Below, piece by piece: positions 15,920-17,021 of a stretch of 17,021 nucleotides of DNA. The first letter of the stretch is position 1. The number at the start of each line of letters is the position of its first letter. The notes beneath the pieces are model-generated. The model searched no databases and was not told the DNA's origin. It worked only from the letters and a program-made list of their open reading frames with translations. The position numbers were made by a program, and so were the translations under genes. Source of the stretch: an uncultured delta proteobacterium (lineage in GTDB: Bacteria > Desulfobacterota > Binatia > UBA9968). The stretch covers positions 1 to 17,021 of the forward strand of contig CAWJZV010000035.1 of assembly GCA_963847445.1 (NCBI GenBank), read 5' to 3'.

Positions 15920-16879
15920 ATGCCAACGCCCAACCTCACTGCCGTAGCATTCGCGCTTCTTGTTTCATTGTTAGTGAAAACATCCGTCGTCGCCCAGCCC
16001 ACTAAGATCCGCGTCGCTTCCACCGCCGCCACCAGTACCGAGAAAGTCGCCTTCGCTTTGGCCAAGGAAGCGGGCATCCTGAAAAAGCATAACTTGGAAT
16101 TGGAAATCATTCTGATCACCGGCGGGCCGGTGGCTATGCAGGTCTTGCTGGCGAAAAGCCTCGATATCATTACTACCAGCGCGACGGTTTTCCTGCACGG
16201 CTTCGTCGAAGGCGCCGATGTGAAAATCATCGGCGGCGTCAACAACCGCTTCCCCTACACTTTCTTTTCCCGTCCTAACATCACGACACCGGCACAGCTC
16301 AAAGGCAAAGTCATCGGCATCACGCGTTACGGCAGCACCGATGAGCTGGCGACCCGGATGGCGTTGGAACAGTTCGGCTTGAATGCCAAGAACTGACGTG
16401 AAATTCATCCAAGGCGGCGGCTCGGCGGGACGAATCAACGCGCTCCAGGCCGGCAGCATCGATGGGACATCGCTGATCTCCGGGGTCAGCCATGTGGCGA
16501 AGAAGGCCGGCATGAATCCCATGCTCGACTTCGCCGAGAAAGAGATCGACTATCAAATGACCGGCATCGTCGCCCGCGGCGATTACCTGAAGAGCAATCC
16601 CGATGCGCTTCGGCGCTTCCTGCGCGCCTACGTCGAATCGATCCGTTACTATAAGAACAATCGCACCGACGCGATCAAGGAAACCATGAAAGCGATCCGC
16701 ACCGACGACCGCCAACTCGCCGAGGCGGACTACAACTTCCGCGCCCGCGCCTTCCCGGACGACGGCAAACCGACTCTGAAGGGAATCCAGCTGGCAATCG
16801 ACGAACTGGCCAAAGAAAATTCCAAAGCCAAGAACGTCACGCCGCAACAGGTGATCGATCTGAGTTTCTTGCCGACTGA
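15920..16879 (+). CDS. Second NMT1/SsuA-like substrate-binding protein, frameshifted near 16391; 3' end uncertain
   Basis: Signal peptide, LAKEAGILKKHNLELEII and AQLKGKVIGITRYGS. After removing one base it continues TDVKFIQGGGSAGRINALQAGSIDG...NPDALRRFLRAYVES...VIDLSFLP. That frame has no stop in the window. The nearest TGA (16877-16879) is out of frame. Confidence 0.8.
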
Positions 16880-16929
16880 ACCGTTATATCCTAGTTGCAC
16901 CGTGTCAGGTCGAAGGAGAAAGGATACGT

Positions 16930-17021
16930 ATGAGCAATCCAACCATCGGTTTCATCGGTCTCGGCATCATGGGCAAACCCATGGCGCGCCATCTGTTGAA
17001 AGCGAGTTATCCGCTGGTGAT
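16930..17021 (+). CDS. N-terminus of a beta-hydroxyacid dehydrogenase (tartronate semialdehyde reductase GarR/GlxR-like), truncated by the window end
   Basis: Purine-rich SD region (GAAGGAGAAAGGA), then MSNPTIGFIGLGIMGKPMARHLLKASYPLV with a Rossmann GxGxxG motif. Confidence 0.8.
   Translation, partial: MSNPTIGFIGLGIMGKPMARHLLKASYPLV

Noticed and set aside
1009-16396. Selenocysteine readthrough or programmed frameshifting at the truncating TGA codons (1009, 1481, 16394)
   Set aside because: The homologous sequence continues in a different frame, so readthrough does not help. No slippery heptamer is shared among the sites.
15727-16847. Minus-strand ORFs 15727..16245, 15971..16522 and 16320..16847
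   Set aside because: They are antisense shadows of the frameshifted binding-protein gene.

Overview
GC-rich bacterial metabolic and transport region with no CRISPR array, RNA gene or transposase that I can support. In order: lipA; a minus-strand TRAP transporter operon (Tat-exported DctP, DctQ, an unusually long DctM) followed by an amidase; a divergent glycolate/2-hydroxyacid oxidase cluster in the order glcD-glcF-glcE; a DoxX-like membrane protein; an MltD-like SLT+LysM lytic transglycosylase with a near-consensus sigma54 promoter; an NMT1/SsuA-like binding protein with a heme-oxygenase-like di-metal enzyme; a tandem Rid(YjgF)-like protein; a second NMT1/SsuA-like binding protein; and the start of a GarR/GlxR-like reductase. 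Four genes are broken by six single-base insertions, most likely long-read errors. Intergenic spaces are rich in small repeats (GTAG- and CGTC-type REP-like palindromes, a nested REP stack, 7- and 9-mer arrays). Two GTG-start genes have promoter geometry typical of leaderless mRNA. The gene style suggests Candidatus Binatia or a related lineage, which is inference only. The best candidate for uncharacterised biology is the binding protein / di-metal enzyme / tandem Rid neighbourhood at 12.9-15.7 kb. Family calls rest on motif recognition, not on database searches.
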